From Macrostomum lignano (Eukaryota), in NCBI GenBank assembly GCA_002269645.1, contig NIVC01003936.1, forward strand, positions 1 through 64,000: a stretch of DNA of 64,000 nt. Reading direction: 5' to 3'. Made by a program: the position numbers and the translations under genes. The notes beneath the pieces were generated by a model. That model saw only the letters and a program-made list of their open reading frames with translations. It had not been told where the DNA came from and did no database searches. Shown here in pieces: positions 35,873 through 59,957 of the stretch. The stretch's first letter is position 1, and each line of letters begins with the position of its first letter.

Positions 35873-38800
35873 GAAACGGAGCCGACAACGGCAACAGCGG
35901 CGGCAACGGCGGCTCCGGCGGCGGCTTCGGCAGCAGCAGCGTGTGGGCGCCAACCAGCGTCTCTGGCAGCGGCTGGAACTCCGAAGTGACCACCTCAGCG
36001 GCCGGCTCTTCCACCGGAGCCGATGCGGCCAGCCTGAAGGCGGGCGATGAGCCCGGCAAGGACGCCTGGCCGCAGCTGGACGGCGCCGCGGTCATCACCA
36101 CGGCATCGATCGTCGACTCCGCCAATTCAACAGCTGACTCTTCTCAGCAGCAGCCGAGGTCCGCTGGCGGTGGAAGCGCCTGGGGCGGGGGAGTCGGCGA
36201 CTCAGCCGGCGGCGGCTGGGATGCCACTAGCGCGGTATCGCCAACCTCAGACACGGCCAAGTCAGTTGGCGGGGCGATGGCTTCTTCTTCGACTGCGCCG
36301 CCGCCGCCGCTGTCCTCACAGGCGGGCGTCTGGTCCTCGGCGGGGCTCGGCGGCGCCGCGTCCATCTGGGGCACCGGGCCGCAGGCCGGAGACTCCGCCG
36401 CAGCTTCTGTGTCGTCGCCGACCACGCCAGCTGGCTCCATGGAGGCGGCCTGGATGTCCGGCGCCGGCTGGAAGCCCGCCGCTGTCCCGGGGCCCGCCGG
36501 CGCTCCGGCTGATGACTTCGGCAACCTGCAGCAGCAGCTCGGCCAGCAGCAGCAGCTTCCACAGCCGCCGGCCGCTTCTGGCGGGCCAGCCATGCCTGAC
36601 GATCCGTCGGCTTCGGGCGGCGGCCAGGTTTTCGATGCCATCGTGAACAGCAACGATGGCTGGGGCAGCCGGCCGATCAACCAGACGACTCCCTGGGACC
36701 TCGGTGCCAGCGACGCGGCCGCGGCCACCGCCTCGATGAGGCCCGGCGAGAGCCTGGTGTGGAACCAGGAGCCCAACAACGGAACGGCTATCTGGGAGAC
36801 GTACTACGAGAGCCGCGGCGAGCGGCCCGGCCGCTGGGATCGCGGCCAGCAGCAGCCGCCGCCTTCCAGCATGGACGCCTTCCAGACTGGCGGACAGCCG
36901 CCCTGGACCGGCGGCTGGAACAGCGCCGAGGCGGACGAGCCGTGGTCGGGGCTGGGCGGTCACCAGGGCGTGCCGCCCATGATGCCGCACCCCAAGATGC
37001 ACCAGCAGCCGCATCACCAGCAGCCGCCACCGCTGTCGGGCGGGCAGCCGCACAGCAAGCCGGAGATGCGGGCCACCCTCATCAGGCAGCTAGTGGAGTA
37101 CGGGTTCAGCAGGGAGGAGGCCACCCAGGCTCTCATCAACAACAACATGAGTCTGGAGGGCGCCATGAACGAATTGCGGGCCGGCCTCGGTGGCGGTGGT
37201 GGCGGCGGAAGCCACCCGCACCAGCAGCGAGCTGCCGCTGCCGTTGCCGCCGCCGCTGCAGCCGCTGCCGCTGGCGGCTACCCTCCAAGCGGCGGAGGCG
37301 GCGGCGGCAGTGGTCGCGGTGGGGCTCCGCCGCCCCAAATGCGAGATCAAATCATGCGGCAGCTGCAGGCCGTGGTGCACCGCGGCATGATGGTGGGGCC
37401 GCCGCCGCTTCAGCAACAACAGCAGCAGCAGCAGCAGCAGATGGCGCCAGCAGTGCAGCAGGATGCCAAGCTAATGCAGCAGCAGCTCATGGTTGGCCAG
37501 AACCAGCTGAACCTGCTGACCAACCAGCAGCAGAAGCTGGTAGCAGCGATGCGACAGCAGGGCCAGATGAGCCCCATGTACGCTCAGCACGCCAGCCAGC
37601 TTCAGGAGCTGGTGGTCAAGTCCAACCAGCTCAAAACCAACATGCACCAGATCACCCAGCAGCTGCGCGCCATGGAGCTCGGCGGTGGCGGAGGCGCCAG
37701 CGGACCCGACGGGCGCGCACTCGCTCCCGGCATGCCTCCGATGGGCCAGCAGCAGCAACAGCCGCCGCCTGCGCCGCCGCAGTCGCAGTCCCGCTTTGAG
37801 GCCTGGAGCGGCGGGCTGCGTGGGGACGAGCAGCGGGCGCCCGGCCAGCAGCAGCAGTCGCAGCTGCATGCCAGCCTGTCCAACCCCAACCTGATGGGCG
37901 GCCCGCACCCAGCCTTCCACCGGTCCATGTCGGAGATTGCGCCAGGAGGCGGCGCGAATCGGGGCGCCGGCGCCGGCGGAATTCCCGGCGTCATGGACGG
38001 CATCCCGGAGTTCGTGCCGGGCCAGCCGTGGGCTGGTGGCGTGGCCGGAGTCGGTGAGCTGTGGGCTCGCTGATATGACTACTTGGAGTAGATGGAGCTA
38101 AATCGGGAGTCCACGAGCGTATATTTAGATAACATATTCGCTTTTTAACTAGTGTGATCCACTCTCCCTTGGCTGCTGACCCATCTCACTTTTCACATTT
38201 CCCACTAGCTCCTGACTCATCTCTTTCTGGCTCCTGACCCATTTCCCTTTGGCTCCTAACCCATCTCTTCCAGGCTTCTGACCCATTTCCCACTGGCTTC
38301 CGACCCATTTCCCATTTCTGACCCATTGACCCATTTCCACTAGCTCCCGACCCATCTGTTCCTGGCTCCTGACCCATTTCCCACTAGCTCCTGACCCATC
38401 TCTCCCTGGCTCCTGACCCATTTCCCTTTGGCTCCTAACCCATCTCTTCCAGGCTTCTGACCCATTTCCCATTTCTGACCCATTGACCCATTTCCACTAG
38501 CTCCTGACCCATCTCTCCCTGGCTCCTGTCCCATTTCCCACTGGCTCCTAACCCATCTCTTCCTGGCTTCTGACCAATTTCCGACTGGTTTCTGACCCAT
38601 TTCCCATTTCTGACCCATTGAGGCATTTCCACTAGCTCCTGACCCATCTCTCCCTGGCTCCTGTCCCATTTCCCACTGGCTCCTAACCCATCTCTTCCTG
38701 GCTTCTGACCAATTTCCGACTGGTTTCTGACTCATTTCCCATTTCTGACCCATTGACCCATTTCCCACCGGCTTCTGACCCATTTCCCATTTCCCATTGG

Positions 38801-39738
38801 CTTCTGACCCATTTCCCACCGGCTTCTGACCCATTTTCCATTTCCCCATTTTCCATTTCCCATTGGCTTCTGACCCATTTCCCACCGGCTTCTGACCCAT
38901 TTTCCATTTCCCCATTTTCCATTTCCCATTGGCTTCTGACCCATTTCCCATTTCCCATTTCTGACCCATTGACCCATTTCCCACTGGCTTCTTCTGACCC
39001 TTTTTTCCACTGGCTTCTAACCCATCTCTTCCTGCCTCCTGACCTGTTTTCCCTGGCTCCTGACACTATCTTGCAAAGGTTTTCCCTTAAATAAATGGAA
39101 GCCTATATTTCGCATAGTACTACAATAACTGGACAGTAGTTTGGTCGAAAGTTTCTCCTATTTAATATTAACGCAGCCCTGCTTCCATCTCCTATTCTGC
39201 TCTCTTTGCAGGCGGCGCCGGCGGAGTCGGTCGCGACGTCGATATCTCGTTTGGTCAAGGCGGCGGCGGCGCAGGCGCTGGTGGTGCGGTTGGCGGCGGC
39301 CTGTTCTCCGTCAGCCACGAGTCGCTGGAGCAGCACCTTGGTGGCGGCTCTCGCACCCGCGGCGCCGGCGGCGGCAGCGGCGGCGGCGGCGGAGTCTGGC
39401 AGCAGCCGAGCATGGGCGGCCAGCGCTGCTGCCTGTTCATGCGCCAGCTCAGCCCGCAGCTCAACCGGGATGTGCTGAACAAAATCTGCACCCAGCAGGG
39501 CCGGGTTCACCGCCTGCAGGTGCACCCCGCCAACCTGTGGGCGCTGATCCAGTTCAGCTCGCATGACGAAGCGGACAAGGCTCACAAGAACTTGCTGAGT
39601 CTGGCCCAGCAGCTGACCCTCGCCACCGTCCAGGAGGCTGAGCGCCTCATCCAGATGGACTCGGCACCGGCCCCTGGCGGCTGGAGCGGCGGCGGCGGCG
39701 GCTCGGCTGGTGTCTGGCCGGACATGGACCCGATTTGA
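35873..39738 (+). CDS. TNRC6: GW182/TNRC6 (Gawky) miRNA-silencing scaffold, 5'-incomplete; exons 35873-38053 and 39212-39738
   Basis: GW-rich N-terminus with DGWGSRPINQTTPWD and NNGTAIWE motifs, UBA-like LIRQLVEYGFSREEATQALINNNMSLEGAMNEL, Q-rich region, PAM2-like IPEFVPGQPW, RRM LFMRQLSPQLNRDVLNKICTQQG...ALIQFSSHDEADKA; the phase-1 GT-AG intron restores the frame. Confidence 0.92.
38165..39060. repeat. Compound degenerate minisatellite (CTGACCCATTTCCC core) filling the GW182 intron
   Basis: Repeated core with 22-bp-scale and longer higher-order units. Confidence 0.9.
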
Positions 39739-41089
39739 GGCCCGGGCCGCCCTGCCGACTCACTCTGTCACGTGACTTGTTCTCTGCTAATGCTGGGCTC
39801 AGTTTTGAATTAGCGCCTAGGAAAAGAAATCTGGAAGTACTTTTAACTAGTTTCTATTAGTTTTCTTAGAACTTCAGACATAGGCACCTAATTTGTAGTT
39901 TTGGCGCGAGTTTAAATTGTGAGCACGTGACCGCCGATGCTTCTGTTTTGTCTGCCCGTTCCTGACTGCTAACTTGATCCAAAGCAATTTCTCTCGCACC
40001 GTCTGTTTAACCGGTTCCGACTGTTTCATTCTCTTTCAAATCATGATTTTTTATGAGCTGCGAGATTGCCCTAACAAACTTTTATTGGTGTGTTTCCATA
40101 GCAACTGTATAAACGCCTAGCAACCAGCCTCTTTCTCTATTTTCTAATCTAAGTTCTCAATTTCAATTAATTAGTAGAACTTTTAGCTTGCAAGTGTCTG
40201 TATCCAAGGTAAACAAAACCGTTCTATGCTGAAAAGTTTCAGTTATTTTAGCTAGAAATATTAGCTCAGAAAGTCGCTTTGCCTCATTAGGCTTTTTAGT
40301 AATTTAATATTATTCTTTTTTACCTGTTGAACCGCCCCGGCACCGGCTTGTTCACTAGAAATCTGTCAGTCCGCAGGCCAATGCTTTCTCTGCCGCCCCC
40401 GCTCCAGTGTTTGAGCCAGACGTGTCTACCTTCCTTTTTGCAATCGGCCTCCAGTATAGCAACTGCGGCAGTAGTGCGTGCCGCTCGTCCATTAATTTTT
40501 CCCATTTTGCCTGAGTCCGATTTTACTGTGCAAGCCTCCGCCGCCCCGTACCTGCACTTGTTAACCCCAGCGTCAGTACCGTATCGCTACAGAGTCTTTC
40601 AGCTAGCAGAGTGCCGCCCGCTCACAGCCGGAGACAGACGGCAGACCAATGCCCGACTATTGTGTAGAGTTGAATCCCTGCCAACTGAGTTGCTGAGTAT
40701 TTTTTACACCTGCGTTTCCACGTTTATTCATTCATAATTAAATAAGCTCTGCGTGCAGACTAAAATGCCACAAAAACCGTCTGTGTTTCGTTAGCAGATG
40801 TGTGTCTCTTTTGTATCGGTAGTGCATTTCCTACCGGACTGTTTGGGCCTGCGTGCGACACTGCGGCTCTGGCTGCCCCCGTGAACAAAGACTAGCAATC
40901 TTAGTCCCTCCATGTTAAACGATAAAGGAAAGATTAAGAAATTAACATTTTTGAAAAATACTGCATTTAAAAGCCTTGTAGGATCACTATTGTCTTGTTA
41001 GAGGTTAGTGGGTTTAAAGTAGAGAAGCATTAGCCCTTAGAACAAAGACTAGTTCTAGAACTCGTCTTTGACTAGCTAGTTCTTAATCG

Positions 41090-41325
41090 CTTTAGAACAA
41101 GACTAGTAGGCTTAGAGCACAATGGCAAATCGCTCTAGAACAAAGACTAGTTAGGCTTAGTGCACAATGGCAAATTGCTCTAGAACAAAGACTAGTTAGG
41201 CTTAGTGCACAATGGCAAATTGCTCTAGAACAAAGACTAGTTAGGCTTAGTGCACAATGGCAAATTGCTCTAGAACAAAGACTAGTTAGGCTTAGTGCAA
41301 TGTCAAATCGCTCTAGAACAAAGAC
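41090..41325. repeat. 45-bp tandem repeat, about 5 copies
   Basis: CTCTAGAA recurs at 41133, 41178, 41223, 41268 and 41311. Confidence 0.9.
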
Positions 41326-44300
41326 CAGTAGGATCGGGGCGCAGGTCCGGGCGGCAGCCGGATGCCCCGCACGCAGCGCCCATCCTCAGTTGCCCGCGGC
41401 AGCCTGTGCTAGCCAATACCGTATGCTCCAACCGCGTGAACTGTGCATTGCCCCCCCCCTTCCGGCCCCGTTTTTGCTGTTCGCGCGACTTTTGCGAGCC
41501 ACCCTGTTGGTCCCTGCCCGGTCAATGCTGCAGTTCAAAGCCAAGCCACTTTCACCGAAGTCTCTGTTTAGATCTCAGAAGCCCCCCCCCCCAGTCTCAG
41601 CAGCACTGCGAATGCATTTCCGTGCCCGCCGCTGTCTCCGTGTTTCAATTGCCGATCCGAGAAAGAAGCTTTTTTGTGCCCTGCGTCTCTTCTTCCTCAC
41701 TGCGGCCCGCCTCCCAGTGTGTACATAGGCGGCCGGCTAAAGACAAGCTTATTTCTCTTTTATCTGTTATTTTGTCTGAAAAACTCGAACGCCTCGTCCT
41801 TGTTGTCAATTTTGTGTTAACACAGCATAAACTTTCCAGTCTCCATGTTTGTCCGTTGCTCACGGCAGCCTCCCAATGTACTGCTCTGCAATAGTTCAAG
41901 TAGCTGCCTGTCTGCACCCGAGTAGCCACCCAATACCGCCTCTCGCATTATCAATACAGTAGCCGCGTGTTTATTTATTATTTGTTACTCATATTCATAA
42001 TTTTATTGCAAATTGTTTCGCTAGAGAGCAGCGATCGGCAGTGCCAGCCTTTTTTGATTCCTCGCTCCTCATCGCCCTTAATTTATTGCAGTTATTGCTT
42101 TGCCCGCAGAGTTCTGGCTTTTCTGTTCTCTTCTCAAATCTTCCGCTTATTCAACCCGTCATTACGGCCGGCATGACAAATTTTACAGGTTCACTACTTT
42201 AGCTACTACTTACTTCGGACTGCCCCTATCTTCCAGTCAGCCTTTTGCCACGTGAAATATTTTTAATGATTGAACTGTTTGCTGTGCCGCTTTCTTACAT
42301 ATTAATTACTGCTACTACTAATAGTAATGCACCATTTTAATAGCTATAGCTTGAGCAGCTAGGGCAGCCGCACCTCTGAGCAGCCACTCAGTGACCGAAT
42401 CTGAAACAACACGCTGTGCTGCCAGCCGGTCGATCCTGCACCTCTCAGACTCATCCTTTTCGATTTACTGCATTAATTGGCCCCGCAACAACCAACTGTC
42501 TCTTCTCTAGACTTCCTCGCCGCTTTTTCCTTTCCTTCATTTCGCCCAAAAATGGTGTTAAATGGTGTTAATTGTTGTTTAGCGTTTTTCTCTGTTTGCA
42601 GCACAATTGGAAAACATGTAAAATCGTGTGTTAATCCTTGGCGTGTTTTTGTGATGCGGCTCGCCAGCGCGGTTGTAGCTCCTCCTTTTTCCGACTCTGT
42701 AGCCCTTTGTTCGTTTTGTTTCCTAGTTGTAAATATAGAAGTACTCGGCCGATTCACGTACCAAACAAAACATTTAAGTCTCACTGTCCGCTATTCCGAC
42801 ATCGTATTGAGAATTTTTCAAAAAATAAGCCTTTGTTCTTTGCTGATTTTGGCTGTGGGGGCTTTGAGTTGATTCTTAATGTTTGCACAAGTATGAATTA
42901 CGAGTATTTTTTCTTTCGGTGGCGCAACCAGAAATTCGGTGAAGCCCAGAGAGACCAGACAGCTCAAGGCCTGGAGGGTTATTATGGTCCAAAATCGCTT
43001 GCCCCTTACAAGTTTCCGAGTCTCCTCCGAAAGTGGCAGCCTGCTCTCGCCCTTCGTTGCACCAATGTTCTCTTTTAAAAAAGCTACATTCTAATCTACC
43101 TTTCCAGTAAATAATTAACTACAGTGTATTCTTCAAAAAGTAAACAGATGTCTTTAATATATGTACATATAGATTCAAAGTTTGCCATAAATTTTCATAC
43201 GGTGAAACGCTCTCACTATTGAGACAGACCCATTATTGTAAACGCAGAAAACTGGTCCTACAGTGGTACTTTACTGTTACATCTAAACAACTGTCACATC
43301 TAGACACCCATTTGGACAATTGTACAGAAATCTTTAACAGAAGAAGATCCGTATATGCACATGCGAGTCGCGACAGATGCACGAACAAATATACTATTTG
43401 CGGATATTCTCGAAAAATAAGCTCAATTAAAAGCATGGACATTTGATTCTATCATAGTGTTTGTTAGTCTACTCACAAAAGTTTAGTCGCTCAATTTTGA
43501 CAACCTCAAAGTTATTCTTTAATAATTTGCACGTGCGACGTGCAGTCTTAGTTTGTAAAGAACTAATGAAATTAGACTTTAAATTATAAAAAACTCAGAC
43601 AAATCTTGTATTTTCATAGCAGAATCTGTTTGTTTACTTTATTTTAATACTTTATCAAGGTAAAATTTAGGCAAGCTTACCTTTAGTACATACGAGTGTA
43701 TTTATTTGAGAAGTAGCTTCTAAGCATTAAAATAGTATTTTCGATTTTCTTAGTGTATTTTTGTGTAGTTTTTCTTCATTAAAATTTCAATATGTTTTTA
43801 TACATTTATCAAAAAAAATTTCATAGCCCACTAGTCACTAGTACTTGATGCAACCTAGACCCCCAACATTCTAAACTCTTCATTAAGCTTTAAGTTTTTA
43901 GTTTTTAATTAAGTAAGTTATAGTCCTATATCAGTTATAGGAATTCAAATTATTGGTTTAAATACAAAAATTGTTTTAAACACTAACTCATGGATATAGG
44001 GTTAGTTAAAGTTAAAGTTTAGATTCTGACTAGTATATCTTATCCTTAATAATGTGTATCAATATTAAAATTAATATTTATTTAGTAGTCTATTTTATTT
44101 TTAGAACCAGGCCTACATTAATGGAAATTTGCTCATTTGTTTATTATAATGACTATATGACTATATGTATAATGATATAATGACTTATGACTTATAATGA
44201 CTTATGTACATGTATGTCTATAGCAGTGGTGTAGCCGGGGGGAGGGGGGCTTGGGGGGCTGCGCCCCCCCCCCCCCAATCACCTGGGGGTTGGGGTTAGG

Positions 44301-44326
44301 CGCGGCAGGTATCGCCGAGTCGCCGA

Positions 44327-46050
44327 CGAGCTGGAGTCGCCGACGGCGCAGTAGATCACTTGGACGTGGCAGGCCAGCGCGGCGATAGAGTGCCGCGTTG
44401 GTGACTCGCTCGACGCCGATGTTGAAGGCGGCGCGCAGCAGACCAGCGTGCGCCGCATCGACTTGCTGTTCGAGTGAGTCCGTCAGCGTCCAGGTCTCAG
44501 CGTTGTACAGCAGGACGGTCTCGATTACCGCCTGGAACAGCGCCGCCCTCTGGCGGTCCGGTAGGGCCTCGGACTGCAGGACTGCCCTCACAGAACGAAA
44601 GGCAGCCCAGGCAAGCCCGCGGCGGCGTCGCAGGTCCTCGCGAGCGTCTGGAACCAGACCGCCGAGGTAGACGAACTGCTGACATCGCGGGAGTTCGGTC
44701 GCCTGCCCGTCAGCGCCTCGGCAAAATATTGCAGCCTCGATGTCGTCCGGCACGCAGAGCACAACGGTCTTCTGCGTGTTGACCACCAGGCCGACACTCG
44801 CCGCAACGGCAACCAGCCTGTCCAGCTGCCGTTGGGCGCCCTCGACGGTCGAGGACAGCAGGGCGAGGTCGTCGGCGTAGCCAAGCACGCTGAGCCGCTT
44901 CTCCGGTTGACGTCGACCCACGCGTCGCTGCAGCAGAAAACCGTCGTCGTCGGTAGGAAGAGCAGTCCGCAGCACCCAGTCAAGCACCAGGACGAACAGA
45001 AACGGCGCCAGCGTATCTCCCTGAAGCACTCCGGAGGATGTCTCAAAGGAGTCCGATAGGCCGTCCGGTGTTGTCACAGCAGCTGTCGTATCACGGTACA
45101 TCGCCATGACGGCGGAGATCAGCTGCTCAGGCACGTTGTACGCGCGGAGCACCATTGGAAGCACGGCTCTGACAACCGAGTCGAATGCCTTCTTGAAATC
45201 AATAAAGATTAGAATCAGGATCGACTGACGAATCCGCGCCTCCTCGATGACTCAGCGAAGAGCCAGGATCTGCGCCACTGTGCCGCGATGGGGCCGGAAC
45301 CCGTTCTGCTCTGGGCGCAGGTACGGATCCAGCACGGGCTGCAACCGCGAAAGCAGCATCCGGTTGAACAGCTTCGCTGCACAGGACTGAAGGCAGATGC
45401 CTCGATGGTCTTCAAGCCTAGTGGTGCCCGGCTTCTTTGGAACAGCGACGATGTGCGCCGTGGTCCATTCGTTGGGCGCCGCCTCACCGAAGAGCACGCG
45501 GTTCATCACTCTGGCGACCTCAGCGGCCACACAGGGGATGCGCAGCGCCTCGATGGGCACCTCGTCCGGACCCAGCGCTTTCCCGCCCGGTGACTGCTGG
45601 GCGAGCTTGACAACGTCGGCTGCGTTGACTGGGGCTACGCTGAAACTCTCCTCTGCCGGCAGCGGCGTCTCCGGCGGCAGCGTCAGACTGTCTGGCAGCG
45701 GGGGTGGCGGCGCGTTGACGATGGCGGCGAAGAACTCGCGCAGCTCGTTCCTACGCTCGTCCGGCGTGTCACCAGCCAGGTTCAGCGGATTGCGCCGCTT
45801 TCGTCCCGTCAGAGCGTTGATGGCGGACCAGGCCACGCGCCCTCTGGCATCGGGCCCAGCGGCAGAGACAGCCTGAATGGCGTCATCGACAGCCGCTTGT
45901 TGGCGCTGCAGGTAGACAGCTGCCAGAGCTGCCTCTGCCTCGCGGGTTGGTCGCCTGCTCAAGCGGAGCTTCTCCAGATCTTCCCTCGCTGCCTGAATCG
46001 CGGGGTCGTCCTGCCAGACCGGCTGCCCACGTTGAGCCGGCTGCATCATC
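44327..46050 (-). mobile_element. Longest RTE-type retrotransposon copy (complete RT domain, one nonsense change, both ends truncated)
   Basis: KALGPDEVP, PKK, HRGICL, QNGFRPHRG, FIDFKKAFDSV, QGDTLAP, YADD; ORFs 45252-46079 and 44202-45164 share a frame separated by TGA at 45252-45254. Confidence 0.95.
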
Positions 46051-46202
46051 GGGACTATCATCGGGACTACTATATACACTTTAAACTTAAGTGTATATCA
46101 AAAGCTATAAAAAGCTTTAGCATATTTTATATACTATAATGCAAATCTTTACTAGTACTAGGAAATAAAAGATATTAACTTTAGATTTTACTTTCATTTC
46201 AG

Positions 46203-58232
<12,030 letters not shown>

Positions 58233-58299
58233 CCGCTGGCCTCTGCCTGCCTGCATCCTGCTCTGCTCTGGGGCTGCGTGCGTTGCAGGGCTGCCGCTA

Positions 58300-58545
58300 G
58301 CCTTCCAGATCCCCAGTTGCTGGGCCAGCATCCCAGATCCCCAGTTGCTGGGCCAGCATCCCAGATCCTCAGTTGCTGGGCCAGCATCCCAGATCCCCAG
58401 TTGTTGGGCCAGCCTCCCAGATCCTCAGTTGCTGGGCCAGCCTCCCAGATCCCCAGTTGCTGGGCCAGCCTCCCAGATCCTCAGTTGCTGGGCCAGCCTC
58501 CCAGATCCTCAGTTGCTGGGCCAGCCTCCCAGATCCTCAGTTACT
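58300..58545. repeat. 29-bp tandem repeat 3' of the ABCC stop (GCCAGCCTCCCAGATCCTCAGTTGCTGG-type)
   Basis: Direct reading. Confidence 0.9.
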
Positions 58546-58914
58546 GGCACCGTAACCCTAAACCCATTTAAACCCGTATTAACATTCACATCATTTGCTC
58601 CCGGAGAGTAGTACAGTAGGAACTGTATGGACTTGTATGCCGGGCTTTCAGATTTATGTCACAAGTATCTGGCAACTGTCTGATGCATGCTTTGTCTGAT
58701 TCTGTTTCCTTATACCCTCTTGCTCGCACAGCAGTACACACCATGGTGTGCCATGTCTCTGAATGCAATAAATAATAAGAGTTTAGCTGCTTGAAGTGCC
58801 TTGATTGCTAAGTTTAACACGGATTTCAATATGAACTGCAGGTAGCGGCTTGTCAGTGTCAATCAGAACTCACTTAGCAGAAAACTATGCTGTCATTTGG
58901 GTCTTCCAAAAACA

Positions 58915-59272
58915 TGAGCAGCGTCACAGGGTGGCGCCTCAGGGCCTCGGCGCGAACGCAAGCCGCGCCGCCGACATAATCCACGGCGCAGGTGTCAGCC
59001 ATCAGGCAGTCAAGGAAACTCCGAGTTTGCCCCTGTCCCCGCCCCCGCCTGTAGGGCGCCTGCAGCGTCAGCAGCACCTCCTTCACCGGCTGCGGGCAGT
59101 GCGACTCGGTGCGGTCGCCGATGGTGCAACAGTTCGCTTGGACGGACTAGGCCGGCGCAGCGATGCATGTCGCATTGGTGATTCGCTCGTCGCTGTTCTT
59201 GAAGCGATCTTCGAGCGAGTCCATCAGCGACCAGGTCTCGGCGTTGTACAGCAGGACGGTCTCGACCACCGC
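58915..59272 (-). mobile_element. RTE 3' fragment, degenerate
   Basis: AVVETVLLYNAETWSL and EVLLTLQAPYRRG match the RTE C-terminus; ends with CCCTGTGACGCTG as in the 24.2-kb copy. Confidence 0.85.
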
Positions 59273-59592
59273 CTATAATGATTAGCATAGCAGCCGATAT
59301 AATCCTTAGTCCTAAAAATTCTACCTGTAGGATCTTGCAGTCTGGCAGTTACTCAATCACCTGCGGGAGTTTTTGTCAGTGTGAACTGAAAGTAGTTTTA
59401 AGAAATTCTCCTTAACAACTTACAGTTCACCTGTCAATCATCGCCAGGCAGTCGGCGCTCCGGTGAAATTAAATGGCGCAGAGTTCGAGTCGCTCGCTGG
59501 TCGATGCGGCATTGATTTGCTGCTCAGCAACGACTCGAGCTGAGTAACTGGCAAGCTGAAAATTGCCCCAGTCTCTCTACTCCATCACTTGA
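59137..59592. repeat. Copy A of a composite direct repeat (RTE fragment plus ~320 bp non-RTE sequence)
   Basis: Aligns with 61926-62471, including the identical RTE junction CCACCGCC|TATAATGATTAGCATAGCA. Confidence 0.9.
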
Positions 59593-59957
59593 CTGTTAGT
59601 GTGGAACAATGGTCAGAAAACTCCGCGCTCTGTCGTACGCTCACTACAACTCAGCTAGTTTGCAACAAATACACCGTATAACTATCTGATTTACTTAAAG
59701 TTTTTGCTTTGGAAACGATTTTCCTGTTGCCTTTATTTTCGCTATGCATTTCTGGGATATATAAGAAAGCACCAGGAAGTGTGGAGTGCATGTCTTGGCA
59801 GCTCATGTACTCGTATCCAGGTCACTCGTAGTTATGCTTTCTTGATTCGGAGTCAGGGCCAACTACTAGCAAGAGTGTCATCAAAAGACTTCGGCGGCAA
59901 AATAAGAGCGAAGAAGCAGGCCCTATCACCCTTAACCTGAGGGTTGATCGACAATCG

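Noticed and set aside
34725-36125. Long ORFs (466 aa -, 302 aa +) over the 24-bp repeat
   Set aside because: Repeat-derived open frames plus GW182 antisense; a 1-nt slip near 35788 switches frame and none joins the GW182 frame.
36047-38003. Multiple alternative-frame and antisense ORFs within GW182
   Set aside because: Expected shadows of GC-rich coding sequence.
38149-39094. Trp/Gly-rich ORFs (MGQKWEMG...) that look GW-like
   Set aside because: Antisense translations of the intronic minisatellite, not part of GW182.
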